Positions 28,113 to 38,462 of a stretch of 64,000 nt of DNA are shown in pieces (within the stretch, counting starts at the first letter, position 1; every line of letters begins with the position of its first letter). Source of the stretch: Candidatus Terraquivivens ruidianensis (GTDB taxonomy: Archaea > Thermoproteota > Nitrososphaeria_A > Caldarchaeales > Wolframiiraptoraceae); assembly GCA_023267885.1 (NCBI GenBank), contig JALNLB010000001.1, forward strand, positions 6,083-70,082. The letters are read 5' to 3'. A model generated the notes under the pieces. It made no database searches. It saw only the letters and a program-made list of their open reading frames with translations, and was not told the DNA's origin. The position numbers were made by a program, and so were the translations under genes.

Positions 28113-29102
28113 CTATCCAGCTCGACTTTCTTCTGCTAACAAACGGTAAATCTCAACAACCCTCGAAGATATTATTCTAGGATTGTGTACCTTAAGAACG
28201 TAATCCCTCTGTAGCTCAGATACGGATGCACGTTCTTTTATGTCGTTCAACCTATTTAATGCCTCAACTACGTCATCCTGTGTAAACGCTGACACTACCG
28301 GAGGCACGAGCAAATCTTTGTAATACTCTTTGTTGATATACTGTATTACAGGCCTCATGCATGCCATAGCTTCCAAGCTACTCATATGCAGGTATCCAAG
28401 TGTGAGGTCCGTAGCCACCACGTCAGCCCAGCCGTATAGCTCGGTCATCTTCTCATGAGGCTGATATTTGACTGTCTCGTGCTTCACACCTAAGTCCCTT
28501 AATAAATTCAGTATACGAATGGAGTCCTTCCCATGATTTATAACCTTCAGCATACTGTTTGGATGCTCTTTTTGAAATTCTGAGAATGCCTTAACGAACT
28601 TGTCCGCTCCTTTTATGTAGGATAGGTCCGATGCCCACAGGACGTTAAATCCTGAGCGCTCCTTTACTACTTGAGGTTTAAAAAATTCAAGGTCAACAGG
28701 ATTTGGTAAATACTCGGCGTCTGACCTGTGCTGCCTAGCAATTGGTAGTATGTCGGGAACGCTGACTAAGACCTTGTCAGCCGACTTAAGATTCTCTTTC
28801 ACTATCCAACCCCACTTGGAATTCAATGTTGTCCTGAGGTCGGAGCCATGAAAGTGGCATATTGTAGGGCTATTCTTTAGCGATCTTACCAGCAGATGAT
28901 CTTGAAGGCCGTAATGTACATGAAAAACATCGCCCTTTGAGAGAGCAATCTTCGTAAGTATTCCAAGCGTTTTGGAGAACGGGTTACGACTCCTTTTAAT
29001 ATGTGAGTAGACTATGTTGGACGGAGAATATCTGATGAGCGTTTGTCCAACCCAAGCGCAATCGTTTACCATAACAACGCGTATAACGTCTCTCAAATGC
29101 AA
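28113..29102 (-). CDS. GT-B glycosyltransferase (GT4-like)
   Basis: 329 aa with a two-Rossmann layout and the C-terminal motif SSLEAMACMRPVI. Confidence 0.55.
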   Translation of the reverse strand: MHLRDVIRVVMVNDCAWVGQTLIRYSPSNIVYSHIKRSRNPFSKTLGILTKIALSKGDVFHVHYGLQDHLLVRSLKNSPTICHFHGSDLRTTLNSKWGWIVKENLKSADKVLVSVPDILPIARQHRSDAEYLPNPVDLEFFKPQVVKERSGFNVLWASDLSYIKGADKFVKAFSEFQKEHPNSMLKVINHGKDSIRILNLLRDLGVKHETVKYQPHEKMTELYGWADVVATDLTLGYLHMSSLEAMACMRPVIQYINKEYYKDLLVPPVVSAFTQDDVVEALNRLNDIKERASVSELQRDYVLKVHNPRIISSRVVEIYRLLAEESRAG

Positions 29103-29111
29103 ATCACCAAC

Positions 29112-30449
29112 TCATGGTGGACAGTAGCCTATCGCCGCGTACACGAGCTTGCCACTAAACTCTCTTGGGTCGTATATCCTTCTCCCATCAATGACGACGG
29201 GTGTGCGCATGAGCCTTATGAAGTCCTCGGGCCTTAACCTTTTAAATTCATCCCATTCCGTGACGACGATGCAGCAGTCGGCACCCTTGATGCACTCCGC
29301 CGCGGAGCTTGCATATAAAACTACGTTCCCTAAGAGCTTCTTAGCATTCTCTAAACCCTTAGGGTCGAACACGGCTATCTCAGCGCCCTCCTTTAACAGC
29401 ATATCGATTAGCCTCAATGAGATAGCGCCCCTTACGTCATCCGTATCCGGCTTAAAAGCCAAGCCCAGCAAAGCCACCTTTTTATCTTTCAGCGTCTTGA
29501 GTAAGTTCTTCGCTAGTAAGACGACTTGGTATGGCTGGTTCTCGTTCGTGCGCTGAACGGCACGCAGTATTAACGGTTCATATCCTAAGGATTGGGCATG
29601 GTTGACCAAAGCGGACAGGTCTTTGGGGAGACAAGGGCCAGCATAGCCAAGCCCAGCCCTGAGGAAGAGCGGTCCTATCCTCTTGTCAAGACCTATGCCC
29701 CTCGCAATGACCTCCACATCCGCACCTGGAATTCTTTGGCAGATGTTTGCTATCTCGTTTATGAAGCTGATCTTTGTGGCTAAGAAGGCATTGTTCGCGT
29801 ACTTAATTAACTCTGCATTCACAGTATCCGTGACGATGTAAGACGGTAATGGATCGCCATAAAAATCCTTATACAAATTGAGGAGCTTCTCACCCGAGCC
29901 CCTATCGTGCTCGCCTATTATTATTCTATCGGGATGGAAAGTATCCTCGACCGCAGAGCCTTCCCTCAAAAACTCTGGATTAAAGGTTAGGCTGAAATCT
30001 AGTCCGACCTTCATGCCCGATGAAAATTCTAAAATTGGAGCGACGACTCTTGACGTCGTGCCCGGCACTACCGTGCTCTTCACCACGACCAAATGATTTT
30101 TGCTTGCTAGATGAAGGCTCTTACCAACGGCCTCGGCGGCAGAGGTTACATAGGATAGGTCTATACTACCGTCGGATTTTGACGGCGTTCCTACACATAT
30201 AAAGGAAAACTTAGCGCCCTCCATTCCTTCGGCATATTCGTCTGTGGCCTTCAGCAGACCCTCGGAGGTTACCTTAGTTAGGATCTCCTCAAGACCAGGC
30301 TCGTGTATCGGAGACTCACCTCTTTTAATTTTTTCGACACGTCGTTTGTCGATGTCTACGCATGTAACTCTCATACCTCTACTAGCAAAGCATGCGGCTG
30401 TCACGAGCCCGACATACCCAGAGCCGACTACGCAAATTTTATAGCCCAT
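29112..30449 (-). CDS. ugd: UDP-glucose 6-dehydrogenase
   Basis: 445 aa with ICVVGSGYVGLVTAACFA, NPEFLREGSAV, the catalytic Cys in GYAGPCLPKD, and GLAFKPDTDDVR. Confidence 0.85.
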   Translation of the reverse strand: MGYKICVVGSGYVGLVTAACFASRGMRVTCVDIDKRRVEKIKRGESPIHEPGLEEILTKVTSEGLLKATDEYAEGMEGAKFSFICVGTPSKSDGSIDLSYVTSAAEAVGKSLHLASKNHLVVVKSTVVPGTTSRVVAPILEFSSGMKVGLDFSLTFNPEFLREGSAVEDTFHPDRIIIGEHDRGSGEKLLNLYKDFYGDPLPSYIVTDTVNAELIKYANNAFLATKISFINEIANICQRIPGADVEVIARGIGLDKRIGPLFLRAGLGYAGPCLPKDLSALVNHAQSLGYEPLILRAVQRTNENQPYQVVLLAKNLLKTLKDKKVALLGLAFKPDTDDVRGAISLRLIDMLLKEGAEIAVFDPKGLENAKKLLGNVVLYASSAAECIKGADCCIVVTEWDEFKRLRPEDFIRLMRTPVVIDGRRIYDPREFSGKLVYAAIGYCPP

Positions 30450-30602
30450 AGCCGTTCTAACGGGTGTTCTGCGTTCTGTTTAAAGCTTTTTCTGGAAGAA
30501 ATTTCTTAAAGACTGTTCCACTTCGGTGTAACTTTTGTTTTAATTTTATTCTAACTAAATGTTATATACCTTTGTTAACTTCGCTAAAATAGTTGGTCTG
30601 AG

Positions 30603-31454
30603 TTGAAAGCAGTGCTACCCGCTGCTGGGCTTGGTACACGTCTTCTACCCATAACAAAAGAGTTACCTAAAGAAATGTTGCCAATTTTTGTTAGAAGCAC
30701 AGATGAGGGGCTTTGCCTAAAGCCGATGATTCAGGCCGTCTACGAGCAACTCTACAACTTCGGCTTCCGAGAGTTTGTGATCGTGGTCGGCAGGGGTAAG
30801 AGGGCTATAGAAGACCATTTCACTCCTGACAAGGGGTTCATAGAACTGCTTAAGATGAGGAACAAACACAGCCTGGCGGCGGAGCTGGAGTCATTCTATA
30901 ATAAAATACTAACCTCTAACATAGTGTTCGTTAATCAACCTGAGCCGCGTGGCTTCGGCGATGCCGTGCTGGCCGCAAAACCTGTGATTAACGGTCCGTT
31001 TCTCCTTCATGCGGGGGACACGTACATAATCTCTAAGGGTGATGGACATCTCAAACGGTTATTTGACGTTCATAAAAAGTTTAACGCCGATGCTACAATC
31101 CTCATACAGGAGGTTGAAGACCCGAGGGCTTATGGTGTCATAGAGGGTGACGAAGTTTCAGAAGGCGTTATCTTAGTCAGAAATCTCGAGGAGAAACCGG
31201 ATAAACCGAAAACGAATTTGGCGATAATGCCGATATACATTTTCGACTCTGTAATCTTCAAGGCACTGGAGATAACGAGGCCTGGCAAGGGTGGCGAGAT
31301 ACAGCTCACGGATGCCATCCAAAAGCTCGTGGACTGGGGTCTTAAAGTTTATGCCGTCAAGCTCATGCCCGATGAGCAAAGACTGGACATAGGAACCCCA
31401 CATACGTGCTGGGAGTCGTTAACAATTTCCTACAATTATTTTGGGAAGGAATGA
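30603..31454 (+). CDS. galU: UTP--glucose-1-phosphate uridylyltransferase (GalU type)
   Basis: 283 aa with KAVLPAAGLGTRLLPITKELPKEMLPI. The start codon is TTG. Confidence 0.8.
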   Translation: MKAVLPAAGLGTRLLPITKELPKEMLPIFVRSTDEGLCLKPMIQAVYEQLYNFGFREFVIVVGRGKRAIEDHFTPDKGFIELLKMRNKHSLAAELESFYNKILTSNIVFVNQPEPRGFGDAVLAAKPVINGPFLLHAGDTYIISKGDGHLKRLFDVHKKFNADATILIQEVEDPRAYGVIEGDEVSEGVILVRNLEEKPDKPKTNLAIMPIYIFDSVIFKALEITRPGKGGEIQLTDAIQKLVDWGLKVYAVKLMPDEQRLDIGTPHTCWESLTISYNYFGKE

Positions 31455-31457
31455 ACC

Positions 31458-32480
31458 ATGCTGGACGGGATAGTCTCCGAAGACGTGGAATCGATAGTCA
31501 GTAGAATTGGAAATATGGGTAAAGCTCTGGAGACCTGTAAAGTGCTTGTGACTGGCGGTGCTGGGTTCTTGGGTAGTTATATTTGCGATGTAGTAAACAA
31601 GCTTGGAGCAGATGTTGTATGTGTTGATGATTTATCCAGTGGCAAAATAGAGAACATAGATCACTTACTCGGGAGCGGAAAGTTCACCTTGATAAAGGCA
31701 GACGTGTCCAGCTTTGAGCCAAACGAAAAATTTGATTATGTTCTACACGTAGCAAGCCCAGCCGCTCCAGAAGAGTATCAATCTAAACCTGTCGATACTA
31801 TGAGGGCCAATTCAGTCGGTACATTAAACATGTTAGAAGTTGCAAGAAGAAGTGATGCGAGGATGCTTTATACTTCCACGAGCGAAGTCTATGGCGATGC
31901 AAAAGCTCTACCGACTCCGGAGACCTATTGGGGTAACGTGAATCCGATAGGGCCTAGGAGCTGTTATGATGAGGGGAAAAGATTCAGCGAGGCCCTTATC
32001 ATGGCCTACATACGGCAATACGGCTTGGACGTAAGAATTGTACGAATATTCAACAGCTTCGGCCCACGTATGAGATATGATGGGGCATACGGTAGGGTCG
32101 TGTCGAAGTTCATAAATCAAGCCCTGTCTAGGAGGCCCATAACGGTCTACGGCACAGGAAGGCAGACTAGGTCTTTCTGCTATATTTCTGATACCATAAC
32201 AGGCATAACGTTAGCCTTGCTTAACGAGAAGGCTAGAGGTGAGGTCATAAACATAGGCAATCCACACGAAATAACGATACTAAGGCTTGCAAGACTCATC
32301 AAGCGTATAACCGATAGCGACTCGAAGATAATGTTCATGGAGTTGCCTCCTGACGACCCTAAGAGACGTGTGCCAGACATAAGAAAGGCGAAAAAGCTCC
32401 TTGGATGGAAGCCCTTCGTGAAATTGGAAGATGGTCTGAAAAGAACTGTTGAGTGGTATAAACTGAGGGGCAGTGTTTGA
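31458..32480 (+). CDS. UDP-glucuronate decarboxylase (UDP-xylose synthase)-like extended SDR
   Basis: 340 aa with VLVTGGAGFLGSY, STSEVYGD and YDEGKR, which are typical UXS motifs. Confidence 0.7.
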   Translation: MLDGIVSEDVESIVSRIGNMGKALETCKVLVTGGAGFLGSYICDVVNKLGADVVCVDDLSSGKIENIDHLLGSGKFTLIKADVSSFEPNEKFDYVLHVASPAAPEEYQSKPVDTMRANSVGTLNMLEVARRSDARMLYTSTSEVYGDAKALPTPETYWGNVNPIGPRSCYDEGKRFSEALIMAYIRQYGLDVRIVRIFNSFGPRMRYDGAYGRVVSKFINQALSRRPITVYGTGRQTRSFCYISDTITGITLALLNEKARGEVINIGNPHEITILRLARLIKRITDSDSKIMFMELPPDDPKRRVPDIRKAKKLLGWKPFVKLEDGLKRTVEWYKLRGSV

Positions 32481-32977
32481 ACGCGATGCTCCCTGGTGTT
32501 AAGGTAAAGGATATCAACAAGTTGCCAGATGAGAGGGGCTTCTTCGCTGAGGTATTCCGAGATGACTGGCAGGATTTGCTGGAAGGCGATAGAGTTGTCC
32601 AAGCTAACGTTTCGTTAACGTATCCTGGCGTAGTTAGAGCATGGCATAGGCATTTAAGGGGACAAATAGATTACTTCATAGTCCTACGTGGAGCGCTGAA
32701 GGTTGCAGTATACGACGATGAAGGGGAATCACCCACCAGAGGGCAGCTCAACGAGATAATCTTAAGCTCCGAAAAGTTTCAATTACTCCGTATACCGGGA
32801 CACTATTGGCATGGCTTCAAGGCTATAGCGCCAGAGCCCGCACTGACCCTTTACTTTGTGAACAGACTTTACGATTACTCGAGACCAGACGAGGAGAGGA
32901 GGCCTTGGAATGACCAGAGGATAATAGACCCTAGGACAGGAAAGCCTTACGATTGGAATGCACCACCCCATAGGTGA
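32477..32977 (+). CDS. rmlC: dTDP-4-dehydrorhamnose 3,5-epimerase
   Basis: 166 aa cupin with DERGFFAEVFR..RAWHRH..DYFIVLRGAL..HGF. Confidence 0.75.
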   Translation: MNAMLPGVKVKDINKLPDERGFFAEVFRDDWQDLLEGDRVVQANVSLTYPGVVRAWHRHLRGQIDYFIVLRGALKVAVYDDEGESPTRGQLNEIILSSEKFQLLRIPGHYWHGFKAIAPEPALTLYFVNRLYDYSRPDEERRPWNDQRIIDPRTGKPYDWNAPPHR

Positions 32978-32984
32978 GACTTCG

Positions 32985-33986
32985 ATGAGGGTGCTCGTCA
33001 CGGGTGGTTTAGGGTTCATAGGTAGCCACTTGGTGAGGGGGCTCGTCGTCAGTGATTGGTGTACCCATTTGATAAATCTTGACAACATGGGCTTCGGCTC
33101 GAACATAAACAACGTTAAGGATGTCGAGGCGAATAGAAAATATGCTTTTGTCTACGGTGACATAAGAGATTCGGAACTCGTATTTAGGTTAGTTAGGGAT
33201 GTGGATGTCGTCATTAACGTCGCAGCGGAGACGCATGTCGACAGGAGCATATCGAACCCCAGACCTTTCGTGGAAACGAACGTGTTAGGTACTTTCAACT
33301 TGCTTGAGGCATGTAGACGTAGCGAAGTTGGTCTCTTCATGCAAGTTTCGACCGATGAGATTTACGGTGATGCTCCAGACGATAAATCATTCAATGAAGA
33401 CGATGCATTCAGACCTAGCAGCCCGTACTCAGCAACGAAGGCGGCGGCCGATTGTCTGGTGATGGCATATAACAGAACTTATGGGCTTAACACCATGATT
33501 ACCAGGTCTACCAACAACTTTGGCCCCTACCAACACCCAGAGAAGCTTATACCTAAGACGATAATCAGAGCAGCCCTCGGCCTGAAGATACCTGTTTACG
33601 GTAGCGGCAGACAGGTGAGGGATTGGATATACGTGGAAGACCATGTAGAAGCAATAGAGTTGGCTCTTCTAAAGGCAAAAGCCGGAAGGGTATACAACAT
33701 CTCAGCAGGTAATGAGATCAACAACTTAGAGGTTGTAAAGCAAATTCTGAAAATAATGGATAAACCCATGGACCTTATAGAGCATGTCGAGGACAGACCT
33801 GGGCACGATGTCAGATATTCGCTTGACTCTTCGCTCATAAGGCGCGAGTTAGGATGGGCGCCAAGGCATAGCTTTTTAGAGGCTTTAAGGAAGACCATAA
33901 GATGGTACATGGATAATGAATGGTGGTGGAGGCCTTTAGCGGATGAGAAGACGCTTCACCCGATGCCTTGGAAGCTCAGGTGGTAA
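32985..33986 (+). CDS. rmlB: dTDP-glucose 4,6-dehydratase
   Basis: MRVLVTGGLGFIGSH..STDEIYGD..YSATKAA..NNFGPYQHPEKLIP. The start is placed at M10 of the track ORF. Confidence 0.85.
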   Translation: MRVLVTGGLGFIGSHLVRGLVVSDWCTHLINLDNMGFGSNINNVKDVEANRKYAFVYGDIRDSELVFRLVRDVDVVINVAAETHVDRSISNPRPFVETNVLGTFNLLEACRRSEVGLFMQVSTDEIYGDAPDDKSFNEDDAFRPSSPYSATKAAADCLVMAYNRTYGLNTMITRSTNNFGPYQHPEKLIPKTIIRAALGLKIPVYGSGRQVRDWIYVEDHVEAIELALLKAKAGRVYNISAGNEINNLEVVKQILKIMDKPMDLIEHVEDRPGHDVRYSLDSSLIRRELGWAPRHSFLEALRKTIRWYMDNEWWWRPLADEKTLHPMPWKLRW

Positions 33987-34891
33987 GCTTGAGGTTGCTC
34001 GTGACTGGTGGTTCTGGCTTGATAGGCGGACGGCTTTGTCTGGAGGCCGTTAAGATGGGGCATGATGTTTATGCAGCCGAGCATGAAACCAGTGTCGATG
34101 TTGGCATTCCCGTAAAGCTTGACCTACTTGATGCATTAAGCATAGAATCTGCTTATGAGAAGTCTAGACCTGAGGTTGTTATCCATACGGCCGCGCTCAC
34201 GGATGTTGATTTATGCGAAAGGAATCCGGAGCTGGCCTTCAGGGTAAACTCGGATGCAACAGCACAGATAGCCTTACAAGCAAAAAGGAGGGGGGCGTTC
34301 CTTATATACATATCAACGGATTACGTGTTTGACGGAGTGAAAGGGATGTACAGAGAGACCGATGAGCCAAATCCGATAAACGCTTACGGCCTATCAAAGC
34401 TCAAGGGTGAAGTTGCGGTAAAGAAATTTGCTGAGAGATGGTGTATCGCAAGGCTTAGCACACCGTATGGCATCCATAAGATGAAAAAGACCTTTCCTGA
34501 ATACGTAATAGAAAGGCTCGCTAAAGGTGAGAGTGTTAAGGTTGCGTACAACCAATTTACATCACCTACATATGTTCCGAACTTCTGTAGGATGCTCCTA
34601 GAGGTTGTAGAGCGTGACATGCAGGGCATAATACACCTGTCAGGCAGTACTAGGGCATCTAGGCTGGAGGTGGCCGTAAAGGTAGCCGAGTTGCTTAATC
34701 TAGACAAAGCCCTAATCGACCCAACACCTCTCTCGGAGCTTAAGCTCGATGCAAAAAGGCCAGAGGATTCATCGCTCGATGTTTCAAAAGCATTACAAAT
34801 TTTAAAAGAAAAACCAATAACGTTAGAAATCGGTCTTAACATGCTTATCCATAACCTTTATGAATTAAAAGCAGGGGGCGCTACTGTGTGA
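33968..34891 (+). CDS. rmlD: dTDP-4-dehydrorhamnose reductase
   Basis: LLVTGGSGLIG..STDYVFDG..PINAYGLSKLKGE. The start codon is uncertain (TTG/GTG candidates at 33968-33989). Confidence 0.8.
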   Translation: MEAQVVSLRLLVTGGSGLIGGRLCLEAVKMGHDVYAAEHETSVDVGIPVKLDLLDALSIESAYEKSRPEVVIHTAALTDVDLCERNPELAFRVNSDATAQIALQAKRRGAFLIYISTDYVFDGVKGMYRETDEPNPINAYGLSKLKGEVAVKKFAERWCIARLSTPYGIHKMKKTFPEYVIERLAKGESVKVAYNQFTSPTYVPNFCRMLLEVVERDMQGIIHLSGSTRASRLEVAVKVAELLNLDKALIDPTPLSELKLDAKRPEDSSLDVSKALQILKEKPITLEIGLNMLIHNLYELKAGGATV

Positions 34892-35955
34892 AGGGTCTGC
34901 TCCTAGCAGGAGGGCATGGAACTAGGCTGAGGCCTCTTACATTTACTGGTAACAAACACCTTCTTCCCATTGCCAACAAGCCGATACTCTTTTACGGGCT
35001 TGAGAATCTAGCAAAGGTCGGCATAAAGGAAGTCGGGATAATACTTGGGCCGATAAAAGAGGGCATCGTGGAGGCCGTAGGCGACGGGTCCAAGTTCGGC
35101 CTGAAAGTTACATACATACACCAACCGGAGCCGCTTGGTATAGCTCATGCCATCTTAATATCTGAGGACTTTCTCCATGATGAGAATTTCGTCGTCTACC
35201 TTGGTGATAACCTGCTTAAGCAGGGGATTAAATCGTTCGTGGAACTTTTTGAGAAAAACCAAAGCGATGGCGTGATAGGCGTAACGCCGACAAAGGAGCC
35301 GCAAAGGTTCGGCGTCGTGGAGATGGGGAATGGAAAGGTTGTCAGGCTTGTAGAGAAGCCAAAGCAGCCGAGAAGTAATCTTGCTTTGGTTGGTGTTTAC
35401 GTTTTTAATGCTTCCATATTTGAAGCATGTAGAAGGATTAAGCCTTCTTGGAGGGGCGAGCTAGAGATAACGGATGCTATACAGACGCTCATTGACATGA
35501 AGAAGAGAGTAGACGTTAACTTTGTTGAAGGATGGTGGAAGGATACGGGCAAGCCAGAAGACCTACTTGAGGCCAACCAGCTCGTTCTACAAGAGCTCGA
35601 GCCCTATACTAAGGGAAGCTTGGAGGATGGAGTAGTGATAACGGGCAACGTAGTCATCGAAGAAGGGACCGTAGTACATAAAAACAGCACCATAAGAGGG
35701 CCTGTTATAGTAGGTCGCAATTGTGAGATAGGCCCAAACGTCTACATAGGCCCTTATACGTCCATAGGCGACGGAACAAGAATAGTCAGCGCGGAGATAG
35801 AGAATAGCATAATAATGAATAACGTTGTCATAGAATGTAACAGGAGAATAGTTGACAGTATAATCGGCAACTATACCACGATAATAGAGCATGAGAAGAA
35901 CAGACCGAGGGGTTTCAAGTTTATCCTTGGGGAAAGAACGTTCGCTAGTATATGA
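34888..35955 (+). CDS. rmlA: Glucose-1-phosphate thymidylyltransferase, long archaeal form with C-terminal left-handed beta-helix
   Basis: 355 aa with KGLLLAGGHGTRLRPLTFTGNKHLLPIANKP, plus C-terminal hexapeptide repeats. Confidence 0.85.
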   Translation: MKGLLLAGGHGTRLRPLTFTGNKHLLPIANKPILFYGLENLAKVGIKEVGIILGPIKEGIVEAVGDGSKFGLKVTYIHQPEPLGIAHAILISEDFLHDENFVVYLGDNLLKQGIKSFVELFEKNQSDGVIGVTPTKEPQRFGVVEMGNGKVVRLVEKPKQPRSNLALVGVYVFNASIFEACRRIKPSWRGELEITDAIQTLIDMKKRVDVNFVEGWWKDTGKPEDLLEANQLVLQELEPYTKGSLEDGVVITGNVVIEEGTVVHKNSTIRGPVIVGRNCEIGPNVYIGPYTSIGDGTRIVSAEIENSIIMNNVVIECNRRIVDSIIGNYTTIIEHEKNRPRGFKFILGERTFASI

Positions 35956-35992
35956 GTTAAAAAGCTATGGTTCGCATCATATAACCTGACTT

Positions 35993-37207
35993 TTACTCCT
36001 TCTTTTGCAGCGCCGCTCGGCCTAGGACTGTCTCTAGCCCCCATATTCTCACGAAGCCCTCGGCCATCTTCTGATCAAAAGTGCTCTCGCGTGAGTACGT
36101 TGCCATGGCTACCGAGTATACAGGTTTTTCAGCCCTTCTCCCAACAATCCTAGCAGAGCCTTTATGCAACTTTATCCTTACATCGCCAGTGACGTTTTCC
36201 TGCGAGGTGTCTATGAAAGCGTTAAGCGAATCCATTAGTGGGTCAACCCATAAGCCAGCGTAGACCATGTAACACCACTGCCTGTCGATCATCTGCTTAA
36301 ACATCAGATGCCTTCCGCCTAATGTCATCTTCTCCAAGTCGGCGTGAGCCTTGATTAGCATGAGCGCGGCCGGGACTTCATATACCTCCCTTGATTTTAT
36401 TCCCACGACCCTATCCTCTACGTGGTCAACTATACCGAAGCCGTGTTTTCCGCCGATTTGGTTCAAGCGCCTTATTATATCCGTCAAAGGCAACTTCTCG
36501 CCATCTAGCGAAACAGGTACGCCTTTCTCAAAACCTATTGTGACCTCTTCAGCTTTGTCCGGAGCTTTATCTAAAGGCGCAACAAGCTTGAAGGCCTCCT
36601 GCGGTGGTTCAAGCCATGGGTCTTCCAGCTCAGCCGCCTCTATCGACCTTCCCCACAAGTTCTCGTCAACGCTGAACCTGCTTTTCTTGGGGTGTATCGG
36701 TAGCTTCCTGGATAGCGCATACTCTATCTCTTCATCCCTGCTCATATTCCACTCCCTCACAGGCGCTAGTATCTTTATCCCGGGCGCGAGCGCTGCGAAC
36801 GTTGTCTCAAACCTTATTTGGTCATTGCCTTTTCCAGTACACCCATGGGCTACCGCGTCGGCGTTCTCCTTTAGCGCCACCTTAACCGTCTCCTCAGCTA
36901 TCAAGGGCCTGCTAAGGGCAGCGGTTAGCGGGTACTCTCCCTCATATAGAGCGTTAGCCTTAATGGCCCTCGCTATGAACTCATTTGCAAACTTCTCTCT
37001 TGCATCTATATAGTAATGCTTTAATGCACCGCTCAGCTTTGCGCGTTCAGCTATCGCACCAAAATCTTCCTCTTGGCCGACGTTTACTGTTACAGTTATA
37101 ACCTCTGCGCCATACTTCTCTTGGAGCCATTTAATTATCACAGTCGTATCGAGACCGCCGCTATAGGCTAACGCTACTCTCACGACACATCCCTCCAAAG
37201 AAACCAT
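35993..37207 (-). CDS. argG: Argininosuccinate synthase
   Basis: RVALAYSGGLDTTV..AHGCTGKGNDQIRFE. The start is set at M56 of the track ORF (MVSLEG..), because the 55-aa upstream extension is AT-rich promoter sequence. Confidence 0.9.
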   Translation of the reverse strand: MVSLEGCVVRVALAYSGGLDTTVIIKWLQEKYGAEVITVTVNVGQEEDFGAIAERAKLSGALKHYYIDAREKFANEFIARAIKANALYEGEYPLTAALSRPLIAEETVKVALKENADAVAHGCTGKGNDQIRFETTFAALAPGIKILAPVREWNMSRDEEIEYALSRKLPIHPKKSRFSVDENLWGRSIEAAELEDPWLEPPQEAFKLVAPLDKAPDKAEEVTIGFEKGVPVSLDGEKLPLTDIIRRLNQIGGKHGFGIVDHVEDRVVGIKSREVYEVPAALMLIKAHADLEKMTLGGRHLMFKQMIDRQWCYMVYAGLWVDPLMDSLNAFIDTSQENVTGDVRIKLHKGSARIVGRRAEKPVYSVAMATYSRESTFDQKMAEGFVRIWGLETVLGRAALQKKE

Positions 37208-37323
37208 GCCTTGTATAAAAAGGCTGTTTAAAAACGTTTTATTGTTTTTGGTCAATTTCTTAATATTCTTCATTAATGGTTTCCGTAAAGTATTTAACGA
37301 ATGGTGTAAATAAAAATTTTTGC

Positions 37324-37737
37324 ATGGACGAAATTGATAATAGGATACTCGAGATATTAAAAAGAGACGCAAGAAAACCTTTCGTGGAGATAGGTAAGGA
37401 GCTGGGGCTTTCAGAGGGTGCTGTCAGACGACGTGTAAAGAATTTAATTAAGAACAACGTGATAACCAGGTTCACTATAGAAGTTGAGAAAGGGCATGCT
37501 GTGAGGGCAATAACCTTTATCACGGTGGACCCTGGGATGCCAACACCATTTGTGAGCGAAAAGCTTGCCGCCTTAGACGGTATTGAGAGTGTTTATGAGT
37601 TGACCGGTGAATACGATGTAGCCGCCATAGTCTCCGCTAACAATGTAGCCGGGTTAAACAAGTGTATTGAAGAGATAAGGAAAATAGATGGTGTGAGGAA
37701 CACCAACACGGTCTTAGTGCTCAGAGTCGTCAGGTAA
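37324..37737 (+). CDS. Lrp/AsnC-family transcriptional regulator (full length: HTH + RAM)
   Basis: MDEIDNRILEILKRDARKPFVEIGKELGLSEGAVRRRVKNL. It is divergent from argG. The start is placed at M17 of the track ORF. Confidence 0.8.
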   Translation: MDEIDNRILEILKRDARKPFVEIGKELGLSEGAVRRRVKNLIKNNVITRFTIEVEKGHAVRAITFITVDPGMPTPFVSEKLAALDGIESVYELTGEYDVAAIVSANNVAGLNKCIEEIRKIDGVRNTNTVLVLRVVR

Positions 37738-38248
37738 CCCTCCTCTCTGTTTTTGATTTATTAACGTTCGCGAGTTCTTCTATAACACCTTCGTGGGACA
37801 TGAGTAACGTTAGTTCGCTATACTTGCTGTCTATCTCGTTGACGTAAACGTCCGGAAAAGATAGGTCTATAGGCATTCTAGTCTTCCAGTAGTAACCGTC
37901 CTTTACGTTAAGTCTCGTAAAAATTCCAACGAGACTCTTCTTAAGAGGAAAACTCAGCGCGTTTATTATGAACTCGACGAAGCATATCTTGTAAGCTTTT
38001 TCGTAAACATCCCCATAGAAAGTATTAAAATAAACGTATAGAGGGCTATCCCTGCAATAAGTTTCCCACGTCGTAAACTGGGTGTACAGAGGGACCCAGC
38101 CCTCCTCCCTTAACACCATGTCCTCAAGGCTCTGCGGTCTCTTCCAATTACTCACCATAAAACCCCTCTCTTCTAAGGCAGGTATCACATAGCGGTGGAG
38201 GATGCCTTGCCTGAGCATCTCTATCCTTTCCTTTAAACTAATTGGCAT
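37730..38248 (-). CDS. Hypothetical protein
   Basis: 172-aa ORF with coding-like composition and no recognisable motif. Confidence 0.35.
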   Translation of the reverse strand: MPISLKERIEMLRQGILHRYVIPALEERGFMVSNWKRPQSLEDMVLREEGWVPLYTQFTTWETYCRDSPLYVYFNTFYGDVYEKAYKICFVEFIINALSFPLKKSLVGIFTRLNVKDGYYWKTRMPIDLSFPDVYVNEIDSKYSELTLLMSHEGVIEELANVNKSKTERRVT

Positions 38249-38462
38249 ACCATTGAACTCTCCTGACTTTCAACCGTATTCAGCCTTCCATCTGCCCATT
38301 CTGCTAGCTTAGAGAAGTAATTAACGGGGGTTAAAACGTTTACTTTAGCACAAAATAGCCGTCATGGGCGTAAAGAACGTGTAGAGGTGACGCGATGGGC
38401 AAGCTCAAGTCCGGTTAACATTTTATATAACCGCTGAGCTTTGATACAGTGAGGAGTAGGCT

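Noticed and set aside
35993-37372. The 459-aa version of argG starting at a TTG at 37372.
   Set aside because: The extra 55 residues are Lys/Asn/Phe-rich AT-rich sequence with no counterpart in ArgG proteins. The conserved N-terminus (..VALAYSGGLDTT) begins right after M56.
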